From a virus (Duplodnaviria > Caudoviricetes), in IMG/VR virus record IMGVR_UViG_3300017747_002686, positions 1-45,054 of that record: a DNA stretch of 45,054 nt. One strand, written 5' to 3'. The position numbers were made by a program, and so were the translations under genes. The notes under the pieces were generated by a model. The model searched no databases. It saw nothing but the letters and a program-made list of their open reading frames with translations, and was not told the origin of the DNA. Shown here in pieces: positions 27,495 to 34,866 of the stretch; the first letter of the stretch is position 1, and each line of letters begins with the position of its first letter.

Positions 27495-28270
27495 CAGAAG
27501 GGTGTCCCGTGGTATAGAACATTGGGTGGGTTGCGCAACGGCACAGCGTTCGGCATCTTCACGATCCAAGGGTTGGCGTGCGCTGCATCCACCACGTTGA
27601 TCCGGGGACGCACCGATGGCGCCGGTACCTTGTAGTCGTTCGGCGGTGTGGCCCTGGTCTGCGTGACGTGCAGCTTGTTGTCCACCTTCTCCACAGTGGA
27701 GCGACCCGACGTGTAGCCGTAGTCGTACACCACCATGCGAGGGCGTGACCAGTGATGCTGCGTCTCACCTAACAGGCCGACGTTGTGGATCGAGTATTGG
27801 TTCTTGCCCAGGTACCGAACATCCACATCCAGATCACCGCCGAAGTAGGACCGTAGCACTGCCATGAACTCATCGCACTCCGCCTCGGCGGCGGTGAACA
27901 GGCGAGAGTTGCTGTCTACCTGCTGCTGCACCCCGTAGAACACACCGTCCACCTCACCCCACGCATGGTAGGGCAGCAGCTTGCCTTGCACATACTCCGG
28001 TGCGTCATGATACACACCCAGCTCACGCTGAATGTCCCACATCAGGTCCAAGCGGTCACGATGCAGCGAGCTAGCGTCATGCTTGCTGGCCTTGAGCACC
28101 CACTTCTGATGGTTGGCATATACCCCGTGCGTTGCCTTGTAGCACCCGCTCCCGATGAGGTGCGCGTTGCCACGCTTCAGCTGCTGCACCAACTCCTGCA
28201 CTAGCGGGAGGTTACGCTCTGCGTCGATGACTGTCACCATCGTGCGCCGATCTTGCTGTTCCGAATCCAT
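27494..28270 (-). CDS. Protein kinase-like protein (T7 gp0.7-like position)
   Basis: Gly loop IGSGCYK, VLK, alphaC Glu (QREL), catalytic D...HNVG, VVYDYG (DFG equivalent); SD GGAGG. Confidence 0.7.
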   Translation of the reverse strand: MDSEQQDRRTMVTVIDAERNLPLVQELVQQLKRGNAHLIGSGCYKATHGVYANHQKWVLKASKHDASSLHRDRLDLMWDIQRELGVYHDAPEYVQGKLLPYHAWGEVDGVFYGVQQQVDSNSRLFTAAEAECDEFMAVLRSYFGGDLDVDVRYLGKNQYSIHNVGLLGETQHHWSRPRMVVYDYGYTSGRSTVEKVDNKLHVTQTRATPPNDYKVPAPSVRPRINVVDAAHANPWIVKMPNAVPLRNPPNVLYHGTPF

Positions 28271-28271
28271 T

Positions 28272-28376
28272 CTACCCTCCGTGCATGAAGCGTGTGACCA
28301 GCCCAAGATATACCGCGAGGCCGGCGAGTAAGGTGATAGCGACACCGATGATCACTCCGACCAGGAAGGCTAACAT
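28272..28376 (-). CDS. Single-pass membrane peptide (34 aa)
   Basis: Starts at the ATG inside palindrome 28371; MLAFLVGVIIGVAITLLAGLAVYLG. Confidence 0.6.
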   Translation of the reverse strand: MLAFLVGVIIGVAITLLAGLAVYLGLVTRFMHGG

Positions 28377-28377
28377 G

Positions 28378-28593
28378 TTAGCCAGCGTTGGACCAGAACG
28401 CATCCAGGTAGTCAGGCTCCAGGCCCAGGTTGTCAGCGATGATGCCTTCCAATTCTTCGAGCGGGCCATCGCAGGCCAACACACTGGTGATCTGCTCCTG
28501 CGTCTCACGCACCGCCTCCTCCGCATCGAAGCGGCTGATGCCGTCGCGCTTGATCAGGATGTTCACGATGGCTAGCTTGCTTACGTCGGTCAT
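28378..28593 (-). CDS. Small acidic hypothetical protein
   Basis: 71 aa; IL.KRDGIS..DAEE and E.II...LGLEPDY pattern; stop lies in palindrome 28371. Confidence 0.75.
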   Translation of the reverse strand: MTDVSKLAIVNILIKRDGISRFDAEEAVRETQEQITSVLACDGPLEELEGIIADNLGLEPDYLDAFWSNAG

Positions 28594-28793
28594 GTTTCTT
28601 CTCCTCGCTTGTTGAAGTCGGTGATGTGTACTAGGAAGGTGCCGCCGTTGCCGTCAGGCTCACGGCTGTAGAGGGCGAGGCGTAGCTCGCCGGCCAGTGC
28701 ATCAGCAGCACGGCGTGCCATCCCTCGGTCATCGAGACGGTAGGATTCCACGCCCATGCTGGTGGTCACTGCAACGCGCAGCTCAAACGGCAT
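28590..28793 (-). CDS. Hypothetical early protein
   Basis: ATG with GAGG SD, ATGA overlap with downstream gene. Confidence 0.55.
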   Translation of the reverse strand: MPFELRVAVTTSMGVESYRLDDRGMARRAADALAGELRLALYSREPDGNGGTFLVHITDFNKRGEET

Positions 28794-29136
28794 GACACGC
28801 CTCGGTGTACACGCAGTGCTCGGTGCCGTCCACGTAGATGACACCGATGGCATCCTGCTTGTACTCGTAGGCCACGGTCAGCATCGAACGCTTCACGTCA
28901 TGCCGAGCGGAGCGGTTGGGCGTGAAGCCCACGAAGGTAGCCGCACCCTCGATGTCACCACCCCAGATACCCAGCTGCCCAGCTGGACCGCGGGTCATGT
29001 TCGGTTGCTGGATAATCTGCACGCCGTTAGAGATCAGCGCCAGCTGCACCGCACGGCGGAAGCCCAGCCACTGCTCATCATCCATCGGTGCGCCGCTGAT
29101 GTTGCGGCCGATGGTCACCACTATGGTACCACGCAT
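28783..29136 (-). CDS. Possible SAM lyase-like (ferredoxin/PII fold) protein
   Basis: G.W...E....A.EY.QDAI pattern reminiscent of T3 SAMase; SD AAGGAG. Confidence 0.4.
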   Translation of the reverse strand: MRGTIVVTIGRNISGAPMDDEQWLGFRRAVQLALISNGVQIIQQPNMTRGPAGQLGIWGGDIEGAATFVGFTPNRSARHDVKRSMLTVAYEYKQDAIGVIYVDGTEHCVYTEACHAV

Positions 29137-29296
29137 AGGCTTCTCCTTGTAGGGACAATCAGAACAGGTTGGGTTGCACGGTACACCGTGGATGCCAGCG
29201 CCGTAGCATACGCACTCGTTCACGACGGCCACCGATGCTCAAGCCACACCATCACCACGATGGCGGCAGCCCACAGTGCAGCCATGTCGGCGCCGC

Positions 29297-29590
29297 TCAC
29301 AGCATCACGCTGCGGTCGAGCACCTGCACTGCGCCATCGGCCAGCTCGGTCCACGAGGTGGTGATGCGGCCACGTACCTGCACCACACCGCAGCGGTCCT
29401 TGATGCAGCGGAACAACCCGTCGTTGGACTCAGGGTGCTGCGGTTGGTAGTCGATGCTGGCGATCAGCGTCCACCCACCCCGCATGAAGTACACACCCTG
29501 GTCCGTGTACCCGATGCCAGTGAGTGCAGTGTACGCTTGGCGTAGGTTCTTGGCGATGATGCCAGAGTGCGAGAGCGGAGCGACTAACAT
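29297..29590 (-). CDS. Hypothetical early protein
   Basis: Starts at the ATG in palindrome 29585, GAGG upstream. Confidence 0.6.
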   Translation of the reverse strand: MLVAPLSHSGIIAKNLRQAYTALTGIGYTDQGVYFMRGGWTLIASIDYQPQHPESNDGLFRCIKDRCGVVQVRGRITTSWTELADGAVQVLDRSVML

Positions 29591-29591
29591 G

Positions 29592-29936
29592 TTAGCCCGT
29601 CCTCGTGATGCACACACGCCACTCGTTCGGTAGGCGAGGGTCAGCGATGCGTTCAACTGAGAAGTTGCGGTCGGTTCTGCTGACCAGGTGGGATCGGATA
29701 GAGTGCAGCCGTTGCTCCAGCCTCCAACACGGAGGCAAGTCCGTGTAGAACTCAGCACCGAACGTGTGCGACTCACCAATCTGCAACCCACGCAGCACTG
29801 CGGTTGGGCTCACCTCGGACAGCGTACTCTTAACGCTGGGGATGACACGAAGGGCAGGTCCGCCGCTCGGCATGCGCTTCGCACCAGTGGCAGCGCGGAT
29901 CATCGCATCGACTTCAACTTGCGTGTACCTCTTCAT
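29592..29936 (-). CDS. Possible small DNA-binding protein
   Basis: C-terminal L.IGES..F ... F.V.R......RV.ITR pattern resembles small phage winged-helix-like proteins; stop in palindrome 29585. Confidence 0.45.
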   Translation of the reverse strand: MKRYTQVEVDAMIRAATGAKRMPSGGPALRVIPSVKSTLSEVSPTAVLRGLQIGESHTFGAEFYTDLPPCWRLEQRLHSIRSHLVSRTDRNFSVERIADPRLPNEWRVCITRTG

Positions 29937-29937
29937 C

Positions 29938-30078
29938 TCAGGTATCTCCGAAGCACATGACATCCAGCTCGGCCATCGAGTGGACATGGTGGGTGTGAAT
30001 GGCGTAGCAGGCGGTGCCGAACACGCTGAAGACCAGCGACAGCACCAGCCCGATCACGATGTAGTCATCGTGCCTCAT
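29938..30078 (-). CDS. Small membrane protein (46 aa)
   Basis: MRHDDYIVIGLVLSLVFSVFGTACY; ATGA overlap with upstream gene. Confidence 0.55.
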   Translation of the reverse strand: MRHDDYIVIGLVLSLVFSVFGTACYAIHTHHVHSMAELDVMCFGDT

Positions 30079-30434
30079 GACTTCGCCGCCAGGCGGTAGG
30101 CGGTAGACAGGTCACGCAGCTTGATCAGCTGATCCTCGGCCAGGGCGTACGTCTCGTGCTCGGACACACCCTTGAAGCCGGACTCGTAGTTCACGACACG
30201 CCACATGGTGTTGCCGTAGTCACCGATAAAGGGCTGCACTGACCACGGGTAGTGATCGCCCACGCTGTGGCCACGCAGGCCAGAGGTGTCACCGATGTGC
30301 GGCTTGGCCTCGACACCAGCCACGGCTAGCCCACCAGGCACATGGCCTGTGGTTCCGACCGCTTCACCTGCCTTCATGATGCCAAGTTCTTCGGCGCGCT
30401 TGTTCTGTGCCACGATGGATTCCAAATCGTACAT
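30075..30434 (-). CDS. Hypothetical early protein
   Basis: 119 aa, SD AAGGAG. Confidence 0.7.
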   Translation of the reverse strand: MYDLESIVAQNKRAEELGIMKAGEAVGTTGHVPGGLAVAGVEAKPHIGDTSGLRGHSVGDHYPWSVQPFIGDYGNTMWRVVNYESGFKGVSEHETYALAEDQLIKLRDLSTAYRLAAKS

Positions 30435-30437
30435 GTA

Positions 30438-30650
30438 CTACTCCTTGTTGTGTGATAGTTCGTCGGGCGTCATCAACCACGGGCTGGTTGGGTCAGGCCC
30501 GTCCTTCACCAGCCCACGCACCGGGTATGCGGTGAAGTAGGCAGGGTCAAGCACGTCGGTGACGGTGAAGGCCAGCCCGCGGCTAGCCTCGGCAGGGTAC
30601 AGATGGTTGATGAAGTAGGTGCTGCCTGCCTTGATGTCGGTGATGTTCAT
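30438..30650 (-). CDS. Hypothetical early protein
   Basis: 70 aa, ATGA overlap with upstream gene. Confidence 0.65.
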   Translation of the reverse strand: MNITDIKAGSTYFINHLYPAEASRGLAFTVTDVLDPAYFTAYPVRGLVKDGPDPTSPWLMTPDELSHNKE

Positions 30651-30823
30651 TGCGGTACCAGGGTGAAGTGATCGAGCCAGCCAGGGCTGGTGATGTAGTG
30701 CGGCATGCCTTGCTCGTTCGTGAACGCCAGCCCATCCGCTCGGTCGAGCGGCAGGTAGTAGCGGCCAGCGATGAAGCCCACGTCCCCACTCAGCAGACGC
30801 AGCGTCTTGTTGCAGCGGTACAT
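30647..30823 (-). CDS. Hypothetical early protein (paralogue of the 26023-26451 N-terminus)
   Basis: Starts at a TAACATG junction (palindrome variant 30818), GAGG SD. Confidence 0.6.
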   Translation of the reverse strand: MYRCNKTLRLLSGDVGFIAGRYYLPLDRADGLAFTNEQGMPHYITSPGWLDHFTLVPQ

Positions 30824-30824
30824 G

Positions 30825-31076
30825 TTACACCTCAGTGGTGCAGGTGACACGGTAGCTGATGACTTCCTTCGCACCCGGCAGCACACCGGCATGCTGAAGC
30901 CACTTCAGGTACTCGTTGGCCACGTACTCGCACTCGCTACGATCACCGCTTGCATGCGGCACGTTGCTGATGCTGCGTGGTTCGCAGAACTTGTAGCTGT
31001 GCCACTCGTGATCCACACGCTGGAGCATGGGATCAGGGAGGGACACGAGGATGGTGAGTGCGAGGCAGGCTAACAT
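30825..31076 (-). CDS. Hypothetical early protein with hydrophobic N-terminus
   Basis: Starts in palindrome 31071 directly after SD AAGGAG. Confidence 0.6.
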   Translation of the reverse strand: MLACLALTILVSLPDPMLQRVDHEWHSYKFCEPRSISNVPHASGDRSECEYVANEYLKWLQHAGVLPGAKEVISYRVTCTTEV

Positions 31077-31390
31077 GTTAGCTCCTTCTTGAGGTGCGTG
31101 ATCATCTGGTCGAGCAGCGCCCATCGTGCCTTGCCGTACTCGCTGTCATCCCACATGTCATCCTGATTGATGAACGCTCGGAACGCAGACTCGTTAGGAT
31201 CAGGCGACGGAACAGGGTACCCGGCATTTAGCCCCAGCTCATCGAAGATGTCGCTGCAATCTGTGATGTCCAAGCCGGCGTCGCTAGCCATATCGTTGAT
31301 GTTGTCGCAGATGCCTGTCTCTCGTACGTTAGGACCATCTGATTGCAGCTGACGCAGCAGGCCCAGCAGATTGTAGCGGGAGGATAACAT
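31070..31390 (-). CDS. Hypothetical early protein
   Basis: 106 aa; GIC...YPVP...W..SEYG..RW.LL..MI; starts in palindrome 31385 and stops in palindrome 31071. Confidence 0.75.
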   Translation of the reverse strand: MLSSRYNLLGLLRQLQSDGPNVRETGICDNINDMASDAGLDITDCSDIFDELGLNAGYPVPSPDPNESAFRAFINQDDMWDDSEYGKARWALLDQMITHLKKELTC

Positions 31391-31391
31391 G

Positions 31392-31546
31392 TTAGTTCTC
31401 CTTGATGACGAAGTGATAGCGCAGCACGTCCAGCGAAGCGCTGCTCAGGTAGCTGGTGTTGAACGCCTCACACAAGGCGTCAGCCATTGGGTTGTCCGGG
31501 TAGTGCCGGCCATCCACGTTGCGGAAGCACAGCGTGACGGCGTGCA
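31392..31546 (-). pseudogene. Frameshifted small gene (or single-base sequencing error)
   Basis: SD GAGGA + MHAVTLCFRNVDAG continues as HYPDNPMADALCEAFN...KEN-stop only in another frame; span is 155 nt, one short of a whole number of codons. Confidence 0.45.
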
Positions 31547-31750
31547 TCACGCAGTCCTCAGATGGTTATCCTTGTGCGCCGCAGCGTACGCCAACTGCTC
31601 GCTGCTGTAGGTGCGGGGACGGTAGCTGATCTCATCCGAGGTGATGCGTGCCCAGGCCCAGCGGCCAGGCTTCTTGGGGTTGCGGGTGAGGTTGATGATC
31701 TTGATGCCGCTCGCATCAACGACACGACGGATGAAGGCTTGGTTGGACAT
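31547..31750 (-). CDS. Hypothetical basic early protein
   Basis: SD AAGGAG before ATG. Confidence 0.65.
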   Translation of the reverse strand: MSNQAFIRRVVDASGIKIINLTRNPKKPGRWAWARITSDEISYRPRTYSSEQLAYAAAHKDNHLRTA

Positions 31751-31760
31751 GATGCTCTCC

Positions 31761-31997
31761 TTACTTGGTGGACAGGCGGGCCAGCTTGGAGCCGACGACA
31801 CGGCGGCGCAGCGTGCGCTTCAGCTCGTTGCTGCCGAGGCGCAGCGTCACGCCGGGGTTCTCGATGGTGAACGTCTGCTCCAGCTTGGTCAGCGGGTTGA
31901 TGAACGTCTGCTGACGGTAGGTCTTGGACTCGTGAACCATGCGCGGCACTTGCTTGGTGGCGGTGTGGTTCGGGCTGTTGGTGCGGGTCTTGCTCAT
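31761..31997 (-). CDS. Hypothetical basic early protein
   Basis: 78 aa, SD AGGAG. Confidence 0.7.
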   Translation of the reverse strand: MSKTRTNSPNHTATKQVPRMVHESKTYRQQTFINPLTKLEQTFTIENPGVTLRLGSNELKRTLRRRVVGSKLARLSTK

Positions 31998-32069
31998 AAC
32001 GTACTGCTCCTACGTGGGTTGGATGATGCGCCCTGTTACCAAGGCGCATGGTGCAACCAGACTAACATG

Positions 32070-32576
32070 TTAGCCTGCTCTCGGCACACCACGCATGTGA
32101 TGCTGGATGATGCGGGCCATCTTCGGTATCTGCCGGCGATTGAACTGCCGGTTCCACCCTCGTGCGCCGGCCAGTGCCGACAGCTCAGCGACCGACAGCT
32201 CACCCTGCTGCACGACGAGGCTGTAGTTCTCGCTCCACTGGAAGTGCCTACCTGCTGGCACCTGTAGCTTGGCATCGAACATGATCTGCTCGGTGCCCAG
32301 GTCCAGCTGAAGCACGACGTGCATCAACGAAAGGCCGTACTCCTCCACGTCCCTGATGTGGTGGATGCGACGAATGGCTCCGATCTCAGCGCGCGTCTCA
32401 TCCAGCTCGTTCTTCCCGCTATCCCACCCAGCCAGGCTACGGCCTGTCACACGGTAGCCCTTGCGCTGGAGCGCACCGCCTACCAGCGCAGCGTACACGC
32501 AGCACCCACCCTGGTTCAGGAAGGGCACAGCCTGCATCACCTCACGTCCCATCTCCTCCAACTTCTGAGCTAACAT
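32070..32576 (-). CDS. Hypothetical early protein with GGC...H motif
   Basis: Starts in palindrome 32571 after GGAGG and stops in palindrome 32063; N.GGCC..A and H..L motifs. Confidence 0.7.
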   Translation of the reverse strand: MLAQKLEEMGREVMQAVPFLNQGGCCVYAALVGGALQRKGYRVTGRSLAGWDSGKNELDETRAEIGAIRRIHHIRDVEEYGLSLMHVVLQLDLGTEQIMFDAKLQVPAGRHFQWSENYSLVVQQGELSVAELSALAGARGWNRQFNRRQIPKMARIIQHHMRGVPRAG

Positions 32577-32577
32577 G

Positions 32578-32742
32578 TTAGCCTCCAGCACGACGGCGCA
32601 TGGCCTCGATGGACTTCCGCTCACGCCTACCACGGGCGGTGTAATGCCCGATGGGATTGCGCTGCTCGCACTTCATCACGTACCACAGCAGGCCGCATGC
32701 CACCAGCCCGCTGAGCAGGCACAGCCAGAGCAGCGCGCTCAT
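32578..32742 (-). CDS. Small membrane protein
   Basis: MSALLWLCLLSGLVACGLLWYV plus basic tail; stop in palindrome 32571. Confidence 0.6.
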   Translation of the reverse strand: MSALLWLCLLSGLVACGLLWYVMKCEQRNPIGHYTARGRRERKSIEAMRRRAGG

Positions 32743-32903
32743 GACACGTTCGCCAGCTTGTGCAGCTGCGGCCACATCTTGGCCAGCTCAGCGCGCATCT
32801 CACCCACCACGCTCGGCTTCTGCGTCATGCCGATGTGCTGGTGCAGCGCACGGTACTCAGCCACGGTCAGCGACACGCGGCCAGGCTTCTGATACCTGTC
32901 CAT
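32739..32903 (-). CDS. Hypothetical early protein (54 aa)
   Basis: SD AAGGAG; MDRYQKPGRVSLTVAEYRALH; ATGA overlap downstream. Confidence 0.6.
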   Translation of the reverse strand: MDRYQKPGRVSLTVAEYRALHQHIGMTQKPSVVGEMRAELAKMWPQLHKLANVS

Positions 32904-32963
32904 CACCTTCTCCTTGCTCGAATGTTATAGCTGCACCCTGTTGCCAAGGTGCAGACTAACATG

Positions 32964-33269
32964 TTAGCCCGGCGTTCGGCCTGTCAGCCTACGCCCAGCA
33001 CTCTCCGCCGTGTCGCGGAACATGAACGGCACCACCACCGTGGTACCGAACCGGCTCGGGTCACGCCACACCGTGTGGCACAGGTGACGCAGCCCTGCCG
33101 CCTCGATCTCCTCGTCCGGCACCTCCTCGCCGCAGTAGAGGAACAGATACTGCAAGCCAGCAGACCAGCCACCTACCCGCTGCATCGCCTCGTGCCCAGT
33201 CTCGCCGGCATCAAGGTGCTGCTTGGTGACCACGCTGCTGAACACCAGCGCCTCGTGAAAGACTGACAT
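32964..33269 (-). CDS. Hypothetical early protein
   Basis: 101 aa; start in palindrome variant 33264, stop in palindrome 32957. Confidence 0.7.
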   Translation of the reverse strand: MSVFHEALVFSSVVTKQHLDAGETGHEAMQRVGGWSAGLQYLFLYCGEEVPDEEIEAAGLRHLCHTVWRDPSRFGTTVVVPFMFRDTAESAGRRLTGRTPG

Positions 33270-33270
33270 G

Positions 33271-33780
33271 TTAGCTCTCCAGCTCAGCGAGCAGCGCCTT
33301 CAGGGCGGCGATCACCACCGGGTTCTTGCCAGTGCGGCGGATGATCGTGAGCGCAGTCTTCCACGCATCGTCGCCACCGCCCATGTCCAAGCTGCCACCC
33401 GTGTCGCCGTCACCCTCACCAACGTCGCCCTGCCCATCGGACACAGCGCCAGCCGACTTGTCGGACTTGACAGCCTTCGCCCTGACGGCCTGCCACGCAG
33501 CCTTCACCTTGTCGCCGTCCACCTCAAAGCTGACACGCATGGTGCCCGCCTCGTTCGTGGTACGGTTGCAGCCCACCTTCCATGCTGCCAAGGCGTTCTT
33601 GCGCTTGCCGGCATCCTTCACGCCAGCAGCCACGCCGATGGCAGCGTCCAGCAGGTGCAGCTGGTCCGTCGCAGCGGCAGCCCGGATCAGCGCCGTCGTC
33701 TCACCGTAGGTGCCGACCGCGGTGACAAACCGCTTGCCAATGGCAACGGCCTGCTCGGTCGAGTATGTCTTGATGCTCAT
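33271..33780 (-). CDS. First clear early gene, Ala-rich hypothetical protein
   Basis: SD AGGAG before ATG 33780; biased codon usage. Confidence 0.75.
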   Translation of the reverse strand: MSIKTYSTEQAVAIGKRFVTAVGTYGETTALIRAAAATDQLHLLDAAIGVAAGVKDAGKRKNALAAWKVGCNRTTNEAGTMRVSFEVDGDKVKAAWQAVRAKAVKSDKSAGAVSDGQGDVGEGDGDTGGSLDMGGGDDAWKTALTIIRRTGKNPVVIAALKALLAELES

Positions 33781-34146
33781 GTGTTCGTTCTCCTGAGTGG
33801 TTGGGGAAGGGTAACATGTTAGCCCGGCCAGCAGGCAGCAGTGTATCCCTTCATGAACCACTCGCGTTATCGACTGCGGCAGGGTTAAGCCCCGACGCCA
33901 TCTCACGCTCAGACGGAGCTTGCCTGCTCCGTGCGTTCATCATAGCCGGCCTTTTCTTTGCCGACTACGCTCTGATTCCGGTCACGTCTAGCGTGCCTTG
34001 TCCTAGAGTCCGACCATATGCGGGGCCGTTCCTCGGGCGCTATTCGCCCGCTGTCATCAGACCAAGGGTCCGAGCCTTGCTCATGTTCATGCGTGCCGTA
34101 GCTCGCACCGGGCCTGTAGCGTGTCGCCCTTGTTATGCTGGATCGA

Positions 34147-34176
34147 AGCCTAGCGCAAGCCTTCGCATCCTGTCAA
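34147..34176 (-). promoter_or_regulatory. Candidate early sigma70 promoter
   Basis: Minus strand TTGACA-18 nt-TAGGCT. Confidence 0.5.
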
Positions 34177-34269
34177 CCGCGGTCGCTTGGCCACCTACAG
34201 ACAAGCCGCCCCGCTTGTCGGTGAGGGAGAGGCGCTATCTGTTAGCCGCTTCACCGTACCGACGATGCC

Positions 34270-34298
34270 ATGTTGCCTGACTCATTCGGCCCTGTCAA
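34270..34298 (-). promoter_or_regulatory. Candidate second early promoter
   Basis: Minus strand TTGACA-17 nt-CAACAT (weak -10). Confidence 0.35.
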
Positions 34299-34428
34299 GT
34301 CGCCACGATTCGGCGCCTGTAAACCTGACTCCAGCCTAGCCGCTGATCCCGGTTTCCCGTGGATCGGTGCGGCATGGGGTGAACTATACGCACCGAACCT
34401 GAACGGCAGCTGAACGAACCTGAACGGG

Positions 34429-34457
34429 TTATCCACATATCCACAGGGTTGTCCACA
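34429..34457 (+). promoter_or_regulatory. Cluster of three co-oriented DnaA-box-like 9-mers
   Basis: TTATCCACA (34429-34437), ATATCCACA (34437-34445), TTGTCCACA (34449-34457). Confidence 0.65.
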
Positions 34458-34832
34458 GGACGCGGTGCAGTGGACGAGAGGACCGCGCGCGTGCGCAGGC
34501 AGCGTGACGTGGCCACCAAGGAACCGGGCGCATGACGCGGGCGCGAGGAGAGAACGCGAGCGCGCTCAGGCACGTAGGCGCTGTGAGGGCGACAGGAGGA
34601 ACCGCGCGCACGCACACACGATCCCGCGCGTCCACACAGGCGAGCGCTGGCGGGCGCAGGCGGGCACGCGCGTCGCACCGGGCATGCCAGCACCAGCGAG
34701 CGGCGGAAGCGCGCAGGGGCCACCCAGGGGTGCCGGGGTGCCTCAGTGTGTACTTCCCGCGTGCCTCCAAAATCTCGCCAAAACCCTCGACCTGGGCCGG
34801 GCTGGCTCCTGGGCCAAGCGCGTTAGCAGGGC

Positions 34833-34860
34833 TTGACAAGCTGGAGGAACGTGCTATACT
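34833..34860 (+). promoter_or_regulatory. Sigma70-type promoter at the start of the structural arm
   Basis: TTGACA-16 nt-TATACT with extended -10 TG. Confidence 0.8.
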
Positions 34861-34866
34861 TAGGGT

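Larger units (their letters stand above)
25538..33821. repeat. Dispersed palindrome TAACATGTTA (10 perfect copies plus variants)
   Basis: Perfect copies start at 25538, 27087, 28371, 29585, 31071, 31385, 32063, 32571, 32957, 33812; variants at 33264 (TGACATGTTA), 30818 (GTACATGTTA), 30429 (GTACATGTAC). Confidence 0.95.

Noticed and set aside
25538-33821. Palindrome array as a CRISPR array or canonical integron
   Set aside because: Repeats are only 10-15 bp with 250-1550 nt irregular spacing, lack attC-length hairpins, and no cas or tyrosine recombinase gene is present
33905-33945. Box C/D-like pair (ATGATGA…CTGA) around a hairpin on the minus strand
   Set aside because: Short motifs likely by chance, and C/D guide machinery is not expected in a bacterial host; kept only as part of the structured leader
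34002-34067. Canonical hammerhead ribozyme
   Set aside because: Core deviates at near-invariant positions (GAAC instead of GAAA, no UH cleavage triplet); not annotated as a feature
15298-34300. Lysogeny module or phage RNA polymerase
   Set aside because: No integrase, CI-like repressor, ParA or single-subunit RNA polymerase motifs recognised in any ORF
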